Origin: an uncultured Nitrospinota bacterium
GTDB lineage: Bacteria; Tectomicrobia; Entotheonellia; J063; CAVPRW01
DNA length: 64,000 nucleotides
Assembly (NCBI GenBank): GCA_963707985.1
Contig: CAVPRW010000022.1
Span: 32,001 to 96,000, forward strand
Direction of reading: 5' to 3'
The notes under the pieces were generated by a model. The model made no database searches. It was given only the letters and a program-made list of their open reading frames with translations, and had not been told where the DNA came from. Below, piece after piece: positions 27,783-40,923 of the stretch; positions within the stretch are counted from its first letter, which is position 1, and each line of letters starts with the position of its first letter. The position numbers were made by a program, and so were the translations under genes.

Positions 27783-30510
27783 ATGACCAAGCATAGCGAT
27801 ATCGAAGATGGCTCCCAATTCCAAATGGGAACTGCCAAAGCCCAGGGGCCAGTGGAGTGCCTCGGGATGACTTTTTCCGATGACAATGCACGCCGCGAGC
27901 ATTTTCTGGGCATTCTCCGGGAAAGACTGAAAGACCGGGCATTTCGGGCCACCGAAGGGTTTCCGGTCGGGAGCGACGAGGATATTCTGGCGCTCAGCGA
28001 TCCGCCCTATTACACCGCCTGCCCGAACCCGTTCATAGCGGACTTCATCAAGCATTATGGCAAGCCCTACGATCCGAGCAAGCCATACAACCGCGAGCCG
28101 TTCGCCGCGGATGTGAGTGAGGGCAAGAACGATCCGGTCTACAACGTTCACGCGTACGCGACAAAAGTTCCTCCCGGCGCGATAGGGCCGATAATCGCAC
28201 ACTATTTGGACAGCGATGAATGCATCGTTCTCGATCCATTTGCCGGGACTGGTATGGCTGGCGTAGCTGTTACTCGAACTAAAAGAAACGCAATTGGCAT
28301 CTTGCAAGATCTTTCCCCCGCTGCGGCGCATATTGCGGCAGCGCTACAAGCAGACATCAACGGCCCGATTTTTCGCACCTGTGCGGAATCCATTATTGGG
28401 GACGTTGAGACGGAATGCGGATGGATGTACGGAACAAGGGTCAAAGGAGCTGAAGCTCAAGTCCGCTACTATGTATGGTCAGACATTTACGCCTGTGACT
28501 CGTGCTCTCAGCCGGTGCGAATCTGGGACATCGAAGGCGCGAAAAGCGTGGGAGGACTAAAGGAAAGAGCACCATGTCCGCACTGCGGATCGCTTATTTC
28601 TAAACAGTTCATGGTTCCCATGACCGAGACCTATTTCGACCGTGTTCTTAGCTCCAAGAAAGAGAGGATCATGTCTCAGCCGGTCTTAAAGGTGATCAAC
28701 AAAGGACACCGGTCGCACAAGCTTCCTGTAGATGACAGCGATGTTTCGCTACTGAAAAGGATCAACGACCAGGCGATACCGTATGCTGTACCTACGGCAA
28801 AAATGCTCTTTAAGGACGAATGCTGGGGCGACCAGTGGCGGTCGAGTTATCATCTAGGAGTAACTCATGCGCATCATTTTTATACCAATCGTAACTTATG
28901 GATTCTCTGTGCGATATGGAATCGAATTGAGCACGCGCGCCCTTACTCCCTTAAACGCCTACTTCAGTTTTGGTTTACCGCATCTTTGTCTCGCGTGACT
29001 AGATTAAATCGATATATGGCCCAGCACGACAGGAACGTTGGGCCACTCGCTGGAACGTTATTTATCAGCCCTATTCAAGCAGAAATCTCACCGTTCTATT
29101 TCTTTCGGGAGAAGATCGAGGATGTCATCGCCGCGTTACCCAAAAATGGTTCCGGTGTGAAACATCGTATTTTCGTGTCAGCATCTTCTTCGACCGAGCT
29201 ACTATTACCCGAAAACTCAGTGGATCACATCTTCACTGATCCACCTTTCGGGGACAACTTGATGTACTCTGAATTGAACTTTCTGGTCGAAGCGTGGCTG
29301 AACGTCTATACGAGTCAGAGTCTTGAGGCGGTAATCGCCGTTTCCCAAGATAAGGGCCTGCGAGACTTCGAAACGCTGATAAGGCGTGTATTTGCTGAAT
29401 GCTATCGAGTTCTGAAACCTGGAAGATGGATGGTCGTTGAGTTCCATAATTCCAGGAATACTGTGTGGGCGGCCATTCAAGAAGCATTGAGCGCTAGTGG
29501 CTTCGTTATTGCCGATGTCCGAACGCTGGATAAGCAGAAGGGAACGACAAAACAGCTCACGCAGGCAGGGACCGTTAAACAGAGATCTGATTATCTCAGC
29601 CTACAAACCCAACGGCGGCCTTGAGGAACGCTTCAAACTCGAAGCTGGAACCGAAGAAGGCGTCTGGGACTTTGTCCGCACTCACCTGAAGCAGCTCCCG
29701 GTCTTCGTCTCCAAGGATGGCCAGGCCGAGGTCATCGCCGAGCGCCAGAATTACCTGCTCTTCGACCGCATGGTGGCCTTCCACGTCCAGCGCGGCGTGA
29801 CCGTTCCCCTGTCCGCGGCGGAGTTCTACGCCGGGCTTGCCCAGCGCTTCTCCGAGCGGGATGGCATGTACTTCCTGCCCGAGCAGGTGGCCGAGTACGA
29901 CAAGAAGCGCATGACCGTCCGAGAGGTCCTGCAGCTCCAGCTCTTCGTCACCGACGAGTCCTCGGCCATCCAGTGGCTCAAACAGCAGCTCATCAAGAAG
30001 CCGCAGACCTTCCAGGAACTCCACCCGCAGTTCCTCAGGGAGATCGGCGGCTGGCAGAAGCACGAGAAGCCGCTGGAGCTGTCCGAGCTGCTGGAGCAGA
30101 ACTTCCTCCGCTACGACGGCAAGGGCGAGGTGCCGAGCCAGATTCACAGCTACCTCTCCACGAACTTCAAGGAGCTGCGCAACCTGCCCAAGGACGACGA
30201 GAGCCTGCGCGCCAAGGGCAAGGACCGCTGGTACGTGCCCGATCCGAACAAGGCCGGCGACCTGGAGAAGCTGCGCGAGCGGTCGCTGCTTAAGGAGTTC
30301 GAGGACTACCGGACATCCAGCCAGAAACGCCTGAAGGTGTTCCGCCTCGAGGCCGTCCGCGCCGGGTTCAAGAAGGCGTGGCAGGAGCGCGACTACGCCA
30401 CCATCATCACCGTGGCCCGCAAGATTCCCGAGAACGTCCTCCAGGAAGACCCGAAGCTCCTCATGTGGTACGACCAGGCGCTCACCCGCTCGGGGGAGGA
30501 CGCATTATGA
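27783..30510 (+). CDS. pglXI: BREX-3 amino-methyltransferase PglXI, about 908 aa (one +1 frameshift near 29583)
   Basis: LSDPPYYTACPNPF, SAM-binding VLDPFAGTGM, catalytic FTDPPF, RVLKPG and CxxC...CxxC; position within the BREX-3 gene order. Confidence 0.85.
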
Positions 30511-30531
30511 GGATTCGAGGAGATCATACCA

Positions 30532-32311
30532 ATGCATGCGCATGACCGGTTTCTGCCGGAATGGTTCAACCGTATCCGGTCGCGGCAAATCACCCTGCCG
30601 CGGTTTCAGCGTTCTATGGCCTGGGGGCACGGAGAGGTCTCCGGGCTTCTGACAACCGTCCTCCGCGGGCTACCTTCGGGCGCGACGTCTGATCATGGAG
30701 GTAGGTGACGAGGAGAAAGTTCAAGAGCCGCACCATGGTCGATGCACCGGAGTCCGGCGAGAAGGTTACCGAACAGCTTCTGGACGGCCAGCAGCGGCTG
30801 ACGGCTCTGTGGCGCAGCCTCCACGACAAGTACCCAGGACCGGAGTTATCTGATTGGCTTCGACGATGACCCCGGTGACGGCTCCACGAAACTGCCCTAT
30901 GTCTACGGTCAGGCCCGGTGGGAGCAAGAACGGCAGCCGCTATCCGATGTGGGTGGACGATCCGCGGGAATGCTGGAGTCGTGGGTTCATCCCGATCACC
31001 CTGCTACGACCGGAAGACATGGAAGACGTGATTGACCAGTGGGTCGAAGAAGCAATTACAGCCATCGCGACAGACAAGTTTCCAGGCATACAAGAACCTC
31101 AAGAAGATCATTAATGACCTCAGAACCAAGGTAAGGGAGTTCAACCTGCCGTATCTGGCGCTGCCAGCCGAAACGCGCTAAGGAAGTGGCCCTGGACGTC
31201 TTCATCAAAGATGAACACGAGCTCGGTGCATCTGTCCACCTACGACATCGTGGTGGCACTGGTGGAGGAAGAGACCGGAAAGTCGCTGCACGAGCACGTG
31301 GATGCTCTGAACGAGTCCGTTCCGCGGGCGTCTGAATACGCCGACCTGCCGGGTCTGGTGTTGGACGCGGTGGCTCTTCGTCAGGACCGTATCCCAAGCC
31401 AGGCGGGATACAGGGGCATCGACTATACCCGGATGCTGAATGAATGGGAGACGGTCGTCAAAGGCATCAAGGGGATGGTTGGCTTCCTGGAAGATGAGAG
31501 CATCTTCGATGCCCAACGCCTGCCGAGCTACACGGCCATTCCCATCCTCGCCGCTCTCTGGGAGCACCTGCCGACGCAGCCGGACAAGCTGGGAAACGCC
31601 CGGCTTCTCCTGCGCAAGTTCCTCTGGCGAGCTTTCCTGACCTCGCGTTACGAGCAGTCATCCACATCCAACGCTTTGCAGGATTACCGCGGATTGCGAA
31701 AGGTTCTCTGCGAAGGTGCGTCCGAGGACGTCGTGCCGATTTTGCGCCAGGAATCCTATCCGCCTCCCACAATGGAAATGGTGCTGCAAGCCGACTGGCC
31801 GAGGCGCAGGAGCATCCTTGGCCGTGGGTTGTTGTCGCTGCAAATCAAGTGTGGTGCCGAGGACCTGGCCGACGGGGCGCGGGCGACTGTCGCAACCATC
31901 ACATCCAAAGAGCACCCCCGCGAATATCACCACCTTTTCCCGGCTGCACTCCTTGAGAACGCGGGCATCCCTGATGAACTGATTTTTCGCGCCCTTAACT
32001 GCGCTCTAGTGACTTGGCGGACCAACCGCACTATCTCCGACAAGGAACCAATTACCTATCTGAAAGAACGGGCGGACAACTGCACCCTTGGGGAAGAGGA
32101 AACGAAGCGGCGGCTGAAAACTCACCTTATTCCTTATTCTCGGCTAGCAGTCGGCTACATCGGCATGTCCGACGATGAGCGACGCGGTCGGGTAAAGACC
32201 GACTATGACGCCTTTCTGTCGGCCAGAGCCGAGGTTCTCGCAAAGGCGGCTCTGCGCGCATGTGAGGGCAAAGCTCTGGAGTTAAGCGTGCTATTGAGTG
32301 ATGCGAATTGA
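30532..32311 (+). CDS. DUF262 + C-terminal HNH-like GmrSD-family (type IV restriction-like) nuclease; several frameshifts in the 5' half
   Basis: ITLPRFQR...W and LLDGQQRLT (DUF262), F..MNT, and C-terminal EYHHLFP...N.ALV...TNRTISDK. Confidence 0.8.
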
Positions 32312-35153
32312 CGCGAATAGCTGGTACTACAGCCCAGACCACGGGCAGCTCTGTCAGGTCATCGAAGCCCAGACGCTCTGGGGTGAGACGACCTGCCGCG
32401 TCTGGCTGCCCGGCCGCGACTCCGTGGTCCGCATCCCGGCTTCCAGGCTCAAGTCCCTGGAGAGCGCGGGCACCGGCTCGCCGGACGATATCGCCTACGT
32501 CGCTGCTGCCGCGCGGGTGGCCGACGCCCTGACCCAGGACGTCCTGCTCGCGCCCATCGAGTCCTCCGTCATCCCGCTGCCGCACCAGATTCGGGCCCTG
32601 TCCCGCGCCATCGCCAACGACCGGGTGCGCTATCTCCTGGCGGACGAGGTCGGCTTGGGCAAGACCATCGAGGCCGGTCTCATCATGCGGGAGCTCAAGC
32701 TCCGCGGGCTGGTCAAGCGGACGCTGGTCATCGCCCCGAAGGGACTGGTGAGCCAGTGGGTCAGCGAGATGCGCTTCCACTTCGGCGAGACCTTCCAGCT
32801 CGTGCTCCCCGAGGACATCAAGACATTGAAACGGATCGCCCCGGCAACGGGCCCGGGAAACGGCGAGAAGGGCAATCACGACCCGGAGATTCTTGCCCGC
32901 CAACGCCTGGCAGATGTTCTCCCAGGTGGTCGTGCCGATGGATTCGGTCAAGCCCCTGGACAAGCGCCGTGGATGGACCGCGGCCCAGGTGGGCGAGTAC
33001 AACCGCGAGCGGTTCGAGGACCTGATCTCCGCCGGCTGGGACCTGGTCATCGTGGACGAGGCGCACCGTCTCGGCGGCAGCACCGACCAGGTGGCCCGCT
33101 TCAAGCTGGGCCAGGGACTCTCCGAGGCCGCGCCGTATTTCCTGCTGCTTTCGGCCACGCCGCACCAGGGCAAGACCGATGCCTTTCACCGGCTGGTGTC
33201 CCTGATCGACGCCCAGGAATTCCCGGACATCAGCAGCGTCACCCGCGAGCGGGTCCAGCCGTATGTGATCCGCACCGAGAAGCGCCGCGCCATCGATGCC
33301 GAGGGGAAACCGCTGTTCAAACCCCGGCGCACACAGCTTGCCCCGGTCTCCTGGGAAGAGCGTCACCGCGATCAGCAGCTCCTCTACGAGGCGGTCACCG
33401 AATACGTCCGCGAAGGCTACAACCAGGCCATGCGGGAGAAGCGGAGCTACATCGGCTTCCTGATGATCCTGATGCAGCGCCTGGTGGTCTCCAGCACGAG
33501 CGCCATCCGCACCACGCTCGAAAGGCGGCTCGAGGCGCTCGCCGCACCCGAGGAGCAACTGACCCTGTTCCCGCTCACCTCCGAGGAGGAATGGGCGGAC
33601 CTGGACGGCCAGGAGCAGATCGACGTGCTGCTTCGCACCCGCCTCAAGGCGCTGAAGAACGAGCGCGCCGAGGTCAAGCTGCTCCTGGATGCCGCGGCCC
33701 GCTGCGAGCAGATCGGGCCGGACGCCAAGGCCGAGGCGCTGCTCGACTGGCTCTACCGCCTCCAGTCCGAAGAGGGCGATCCGGAGCTCAAGGCGCTGGT
33801 GTTCACCGAGTTCGTGCCCACCCAGGAGATGCTGCGGCGATTCCTGACCGAGCGCGGGTTCTCGGTCGTCTGCCTGAACGGCTCCATGGACATGGAAGAG
33901 CGCAAGCGGGTCCAGGAAGCCTTCGCCAAGGATGCCCGCATCCTCATCTCCACCGACGCCGGCGGGGAGGGCTTGAACCTCCAGTTCTGCCACGTGGTGA
34001 TCAACTACGACATCCCCTGGAACCCGATGCGTCTCGAACAGCGGATCGGCCGGGTGGATCGCATCGGCCAGGCCCATGCGGTTCGCGCGGTCAACTTCGT
34101 CTTCGAGGACTCGGTCGAGCACCGGGTCCGGGAGGTGCTGGAGCAGAAGCTCGCCGTCATCTTCGAGGAGTTCGGCATCGACAAGACCGGCGACGTCCTC
34201 GATTCGGCCCAGGCCGGCCGGATGTTCGACGACATGTACGTCGAGGCGATCCTCAACCCCGAAAAGGTGGAGGACTCCGTGGAGAGCGTGGTCGCCCGCT
34301 TGCAGGAGCAGGCCCGCGAGGCGCGGACGACGGCATCCGTGCTTGGCACAACCGAGGACCTGGAACCCGGCGAAGCCCAGCGGCTGCTGACCCACCCCTT
34401 GCCCCATTGGGTCGAGCGCATGACCGTGAGCTATCTGAAGGCGCATGGCGGCCAGGCCGAGAGAAAAGGCCAGAGCTGGAATCTCACCTGGCCTGACGGC
34501 GAAACCTACGAAAACGTGGTCTTCACAGGCAAGGAGGCTGAAAGACTCCCAGCCGCCCGGCACCTCACCCTGGAAGAGCCGAAGGTCCGCGGTCTGGCCA
34601 TGCGGCTTCCTCGCTTTGCGCCAGGCCAGCCGGTCCCGGTCGTGTCGATCCCAGGCCTCTCCGACGAAGTCCAAGGCATCTGGTCCCTGTGGCGAATCGC
34701 CATCGCCACCATGGAGTGGAACCGTCGGAGGATCATGCCTCTCTTCCTGGCCGACAACGGCATGGTCTACATGCCGACGGCCAGACACGTGTGGGATCAG
34801 CTCCTCGACGGCAAGCACACAGGTCCGGTCCATTCTTGACACCTCGGTCTCCCAAGCCGCCTTCGCAAAGCTGCAGAGCGCCGCGGAGGAACACGGAAAG
34901 CCCATCTACGAAGCGCTCGTCCAGGAGCACCGGGCCCGCATCGCGCGCGAGCGAGAGAAGGCCAGACTACGCCTTTGCCGCCCGCCGCAGAACCATCGAG
35001 CGGATCGGTCTGCCCCAGGTCCGCAACTATCGCCTGAACCTCCTGGCCCAGGAGGAGCGAAGCTTCCAGGAGCAGCTCGACCAGAAGGCCCACGCCTATC
35101 CCGAGATGGTGCCGCTGCTTGTGATTCGGGTGGAGGGCGGTGGCCATGAGTAG
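32301..35153 (+). CDS. brxHII: SNF2-family helicase BrxHII (three frameshifts)
   Basis: LLADEVGLGKT, IVDEAH, LSATP, STDAGGEGLNLQ and PWNPMRLEQRIGRVDRIGQ motifs. Confidence 0.88.
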
Positions 35154-37158
35154 CTGGCGCGATCAAATCCTCAAGGAGTTCACCCCGAAGGTCGCTCGAC
35201 TCACCTTGGTGGCCGATCCGGATGGACTTTTGCTCGAAGAAGGGATTCTCGAAGGTGTCCGCGAACGTGGCTTCGAGCTGATCCCGTTCGAAGACCACAT
35301 CGCGTTCCGCTACGCCTACGAATCGAAGTTCCGATCCCACTGGGACCGGGGCGAGCACACGGACCTCGTGGTCGTCTTGCGCTCCCAAGCCAGCGACCTC
35401 GGTGGGTTGCCCTACGATCTGCTTCAGGCCGGCCGCAGGCTCTCGTTCAATCTCGGCGACATCTTCCCGAACCTCAGCTATCCGGTCGTGACCGCTCTGG
35501 ATCGCGGGGACCTCGATGCCTTGTATGAGGCCCAGAGAAGACATGCACCCGGACCAGTTGGGCGACAACGCCACCAAGGAGTTCGTTCTCCGGCACGTCT
35601 TTGAAATCGCGCCCGAGCTGATCAAGCAGCCATCGGACCTCTTGCGGGTGCTGCTGCGCCGTCACTACCGCGGCCAGCGCATCCCGCCGCTGCTGGACGA
35701 GCGGTTCATCCAACTCCTGCGTCAGAGCACTCATCTTCGACGACTGGCCGCTTGAGACACTGGTGACGGACCGGGAGGCATTCTTCGCATTCCTCCAGGA
35801 GCGCTGGCCGATCTTCCTCGACCGCGAGGCAGCCAAAGGGGCATCCGGTGTTCGTGAAGACGAGAAGCCCTACGGTTTGACCATTGAGGGACCTGTCGAT
35901 CTGCCCTTCGACCACCATGACATCCGGGTCTACATCGACAACCTGTTCGTCGAGGGATTGCTGCACTCCGTGCCACACGACCATGCGGACGCCCTGTCCA
36001 AGACCTGGGTAGGCATCGGCCTTCGAACCGCCCCAATCGAGGACAGGTCCCGTCGCCTGGGCAAGCTCATCGAGAGTCTGCAGGCATCCATTCCGGCCGA
36101 CGACGCAAAGCACACGGACTGGTTCCACTTTGCCCGTGGATGGGCGGAGCTGGTTCTGCTCATGAACGAGCAACCCGATACCGTCCGCGGGGAAACGAAC
36201 GAGCACGCGAAGAGCTTGCAGGCACAGGTGGACGCCGGTTTTACCGCCTGGCTCTTCAAGCGGTACGCCGGGCTTGTCAATCTGCCGCCAGTGCCTCCGG
36301 TCATGCTGCATCACCTCCCGCGGTTTCTTGCCCGTCAGGTGGGCGACGACCGACATGCGAAGATCGCACTGATCGTGGTGGATGGTCTTGCCATGGACCA
36401 ATGGCTGGTGGTCCGTGACCGCGCTCGCCTCGCGGCAGCCCGGCTTCCGATTCCGGGAGCAGGCGGTCTTCGCCTGGATTCCATCTCTCACCTCCGTTTC
36501 ACGCCAGGCCGCCTTCGCCGGCAAGGCTCCCATCTTTTTCCCGAACAGCATCCAGACCACGGACAAGGAACCTGCACTTTGGACGCAGTTCTGGGCGCGA
36601 TCAGGGCTTCACGCCAAACGAGGTCGTGTACATCAAGGGACTGGGCGACGGCAGTCTGGAGAACGTTTCCGAAGCGCTTTCTCATCCCAAGGCAAGGATC
36701 GCCGGGCTGGTCGTGGACAAGGTCGACAAGATCATGCACGGGATGGAAATGGGCACCGCCGGGATGCACAACCAGGTGCGCCAGTGGGCCAAGCAACCCT
36801 ACCTGAACAGCTCTTCTCGATCTGCTTCTGGATCAGGGTTTCCATGTCTACCTGACTTCTGATCATGGGAATATCGAAGCCGAAGGTTGCGGTCGGCCAG
36901 CCGAAGGGCGCTGTGGCGGATCTGCGCGGTGAGCGCGTTCGCATCTATTCCGACCCGGTCCTTCGCGGCAAGGTGAAGGAACGCTTTCCCGCCGCCGTCG
37001 AATGGCACCCCGTTGGTCTCCCGGACGACTACCTCCCACTGCTGGCTCCGCCTCGGCAGGCGTTTGTCCACGAAAAGCAGCGCATCGTGAGTCATGGCGG
37101 CATTTCGGTCGAGGAGCTCATCGTCCCTCTGGTTCAGATCGAGAGGAGGGGCGCATGA
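35146..37158 (+). CDS. pglZ: BREX-3 alkaline-phosphatase-fold PglZ (about six frameshifts)
   Basis: MSSWRDQILKEF...VADPDGLL; IVVDGLAMDQW, PSLTSVSRQA, TSDHGN and SHGGISVEELIVP motifs. Confidence 0.88.
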
Positions 37159-37928
37159 GCCAACGGATGAACCAGATCGGATTCAGTCAGCGCGTGCGTT
37201 TGGAATGGCTTGAGCAAACCGCCAACCTCGTCCTGGCGGGAAACGACAAGACCGCCGTCAACGATGCCCTGCAGGAGCTGCTGAAGGACAAGGTGTCGGT
37301 AGACGGCCAGGCGGAGCGCGGCAATCGCGAGAAGATCATCACCATTCTTCTCAAGGTGTGGCTGACGGTTCCCACTGAACTCGAATCATTGCGCACGGAT
37401 GGCCTGGAGCTGCTCAAGCAAATTCCTCGAGGTGACCATTTAGCCATTCATTGGGGCATGGTCATGGCCGTCTATCCGTTCTGGGCAGGCGTGGCTACTC
37501 AGGTGGGACGGCTCCTAAGACTTCAAGGGTCTGCAGCCGCGGCCCACATCCAGCGGCGGGTCCGCGAGCAATATGGCGAGCGGGAGACCGTTTCCCGGGC
37601 CGCTCGGCGTGTGCTACGTTCGTATGTAGACTGGGGCGTACTGCAGGAAACGGGTGAGAGCGGAGTCTACCGTGCCGCTCCATCCCAGGCTGTGGACGAC
37701 ACTCGCCTGATTGCCTGGTTGGTTGAGGCGTTCCTGCATTCCCGGGTCAATCGTTCCTTCCCCTTGAAAGACCTGTTCGACAGCCCGAGCCTCTTCCCCT
37801 TCGGCATCACGCCAATGCATGCCGAAAGCCTCATAGCTGCATCATCCAGACTCGACATCCTCCGCCATGGGTTGGACGACGACTTGGTCATGCTGAAAAA
37901 ACGGCCAGCGAAGGGACTCACGGAATGA
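37155..37928 (+). CDS. brxA: BrxA-like protein, last gene of the BREX-3 operon
   Basis: ATGA overlap with pglZ; HWGM..AVYPF, YGERETVSRAARRVLRS..DWG and LFPF; assigned mainly by position. Confidence 0.7.
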   Translation: MSQRMNQIGFSQRVRLEWLEQTANLVLAGNDKTAVNDALQELLKDKVSVDGQAERGNREKIITILLKVWLTVPTELESLRTDGLELLKQIPRGDHLAIHWGMVMAVYPFWAGVATQVGRLLRLQGSAAAAHIQRRVREQYGERETVSRAARRVLRSYVDWGVLQETGESGVYRAAPSQAVDDTRLIAWLVEAFLHSRVNRSFPLKDLFDSPSLFPFGITPMHAESLIAASSRLDILRHGLDDDLVMLKKRPAKGLTE

Positions 37929-38235
37929 TGAGCATCTGCTGAGGCAGCAGCATGTTTCAGGAGACACACGCCGGAAAGCAAAGGAGGAGTCTTCACGGCT
38001 TCTCCCCTGTTTACCGCAACATATCCCCCACTTGAGCTTGTGGGAATTTCGTTACCGTAGGTTTTGGTAAACTCGCTGCCGCTAACACATCAAGGATTTG
38101 CACCGTGTTGCCCCTGGTACGCCACACATCGTTTTTGGGAAAGTCCTAAATAACATCGCTGTCAGTATCTAAAAGATAGTCGATAACTCGCTAACAGAGG
38201 TTTTCGCACGATTGCTGCCTGGAACCTAGGAAGGC

Positions 38236-38649
38236 CTATGTGGGGGAGGATGGCGGAGATGGGCGGTATGGCGACCGCAGGACGTGTAAGCCGGGAATAA
38301 ATCGAAAGTGACGCACATTATCCGTTACGAGCGTATGCGACCCCTCCAGAGTAATCGCCGCAATCAGGGCATCAGGGATCCCGAGGCCGTGGGCGAGCCC
38401 ATACTGGTGCACCAGATCGACCGCCTGCTGCGATGCGGTCACCGACACCGGCAGCCGGGTCACGCGATTGTGCGTCAGAAACCGGAGAATCGTGGCCAGC
38501 TCCTGCTGATTGGCCGCGCCTTTGTACAGTTCCATGACCGTGATATCGGTGGTCGCCCGTTGATCCGCTGGGAGGCTGTGGATATAGGTGCTTGCGGCTT
38601 CCAGCCCCCGAAAGTGGTCGATGAACACGTCGGTATCCAGGACCATCAT
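38236..38649 (-). CDS. PIN-domain VapC toxin
   Basis: VLDTDVFID, ITVMEL, DALIAAITL and LVTDNVRHF motifs. Confidence 0.92.
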   Translation of the reverse strand: MMVLDTDVFIDHFRGLEAASTYIHSLPADQRATTDITVMELYKGAANQQELATILRFLTHNRVTRLPVSVTASQQAVDLVHQYGLAHGLGIPDALIAAITLEGSHTLVTDNVRHFRFIPGLHVLRSPYRPSPPSSPT

Positions 38650-38885
38650 CGTGTCCATTCCCGGTGTCGCAACTCGGCTACCCACTTCGCCGCGTCCTGC
38701 ATCTCTGGCCGGTCGGCCCACATGCCAAAGCCAATCGGCTCAAAGGCAGGCTCGGGCTTGGCATGGGCCACATAGGCGGCCAGACTCTGCAGCACCAGCT
38801 CTTCCAGTGACACCCCGAGTTCCTGGGCGAGGTGCTCGAGTGTCGCAAACTCTTCGTCCGAGACGACAGCTCGCAGCTCTTTCAT
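38646..38885 (-). CDS. Putative CopG/RHH antitoxin
   Basis: Small acidic protein with C-terminal FGMWADR; stop overlaps the toxin start. Confidence 0.75.
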   Translation of the reverse strand: MKELRAVVSDEEFATLEHLAQELGVSLEELVLQSLAAYVAHAKPEPAFEPIGFGMWADRPEMQDAAKWVAELRHREWTR

Positions 38886-39471
38886 CCTATGCTCCTTCCG
38901 CCCAGAGGGCGAGGCCCCTTCACACACGGACCAGGTCGCGCCGTTGCTGACATCCTCCCGGTCACTGCCCATCTATCGGCGTCAGACGTCAATCGGCCTG
39001 AACGGCACCGGGCTCTCCGAAGAGACCAAAGGCGGGCATGCAATCAAGGGCATGCCGCACGTTCATTCGGCAACCACGCGTAGCAGAGACCGAGTGTCTC
39101 TCCTCGCTTCTGCCGTCCCGGTCGCCGAGGGAGCCTTGCGGCGTGATGCCATCGTCGTCTGCCTTGGTAGGTCTCCGTTGAACTTGCATTAGAACACTGG
39201 GCATCGCTCGAACACGGTGCGAGGCATGCGTGGATCATCCGGCTTCACACACGCTGTCCCTCAATACCGCATACCGCGGAATCTTCTCCACGGCCACCGT
39301 TTCGTCCCAGTGTACACTGAAGCGCGGCGTTTTCCCATGTGGACTGGAGCACGGAGGCATTGTCACCTTAACCGCATCCCTCTGCCCCAGCATGGCGTGG
39401 CATACTCATCCCATCAAGGCCCCTTCTCGGGAGACGAGTGTGCTCTCTTCATAACCAATGGACTGTTCCGG

Positions 39472-39582
39472 GAAGAAGCTTTTCCGTAAGCTGATCAAAA
39501 GGTTAATCTATCTCCCGCGGGTGATCATCACGGACAAACTCAACAGCTATGGCGCAGCGAAGCGCAGATCCTGCCTGGCGTC
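39472..39582 (+). mobile_element. IS6-family transposase remnant
   Basis: Translates KKLFRKLIK...PRVIITDKLNSYGAAKR.ILPG, a typical IS6 DDE segment. Confidence 0.72.
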
Positions 39583-39596
39583 ACGTTGACAAGGCC

Positions 39597-40920
39597 TCAC
39601 AACGTAAAATTAAACTCCTCGACCAGCGCTCCAGGCAGAGTGGCTGCTCCCAGTCGAGCGTTCATGGTAGGTGCTGGGATCCAGGATGAAGTCGCGTTCG
39701 GCGGTCAGGCCCAGGAGATGATCGCCCAGCATGCGGTAGATCGATTCGTCGAAGCGCATCACACTCAACGGGGCCTGTATCACGCCCCCTTCCACCCAGA
39801 ACGTGGCAAAGCGCGTCATGCCGGTGATGCGGCACGCCGAACGGTCGGAGTAGTTGAGATACCATAAGTTATTGATGTACACCCCAGTGTCGAGCTGTCG
39901 CAAGACATCGTCGCGCGCCAGATCACCCGCAGCCATGTCGACTGACTCCGGCGCTTCGGCGTTGGAGGCCCCGTTCGTCGGCACATCGTATTCCTTGGCC
40001 GAACGCGGCGACACGAGACAGTCGTGAAAGGCACCGGCCTCGATGAGCGTCACCTGATCTGGTTTGATGAATCCAGCTGCCTGAAAATTCGGCGAGACGC
40101 CATCATGGGTGTTCTCACGCAAGGTGACGGCGGGATGCAGACGTACACCTTCTTCCACCATCTTGAGCAGCGTGGTTTGCTTCGTACGATGATCTTTCAG
40201 ACCAAAACCGCTCCAGGCAAGCATCTCGAGAATGTCATAGAGGGCTGCGGGAGCCAGGTACACACGATAGTGCCCAGGGGAGATGGTGTGCGGTGGCCAT
40301 CTCAGCATTTCGAGCTGCTCCGCCGCCTCGGTAACCTTACGCGTCAAGACCGTGGGCTCCCAGACAAACCCGGCATAGCTCGTCTTGACGGCTTTATCGC
40401 GCTCATAATAAAGGCTCCAATCGCAGTTGAAGGTAAAGCTTGCAAACCAGTTCCGCTGTCCGAGCGCATTGGCGAACCCGGCGTATATGCCCCCGGCCGC
40501 ATAAATGCCGACCAGATCTCGACCACTGCCGGCGTCAAGAATGGCTGCGACGGCATCAGCCCGATCGGGGAGACGATTCTCCCCCTGCTGCACGGTGGAG
40601 TGCACCGTGGTGGCATAGAGAAGATGCGGATCCTCAGGGAGATGCGGCAGCTGCTCCCGCAGTTCGCTCAGTAATTGGCCAAGGCGAGCGTGGTCGCTGT
40701 CGAAATCGCCAGAAAGCGCAATCTCCGCCGCCGCGTGTCGGTTACCATGGATGAGGTCGAGGGCCAGAAAGCGCTGATCAACAGTCCCCGCCTGGCGTAT
40801 GGCGCTGCGGTTGAAGCGCACGAAGTCGGAGTCCTCGGCGTGGAAGGTACAGGTATAGAATTCTTCCCCTTGCAGTGACTTGGTGATAGCGTCGGCAAGC
40901 GCGTAAAAGTAGTCCTGCAT
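39597..40920 (-). CDS. tldE: TldE/PmbA-family protein (one +1 frameshift near the 3' end)
   Basis: FVRFNRSAIRQ, YRVYLAPAA, NLWYLN and TGMTR motifs; corrected end LPGALVEEFNFTL. Confidence 0.88.
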
Positions 40921-40923
40921 CGT

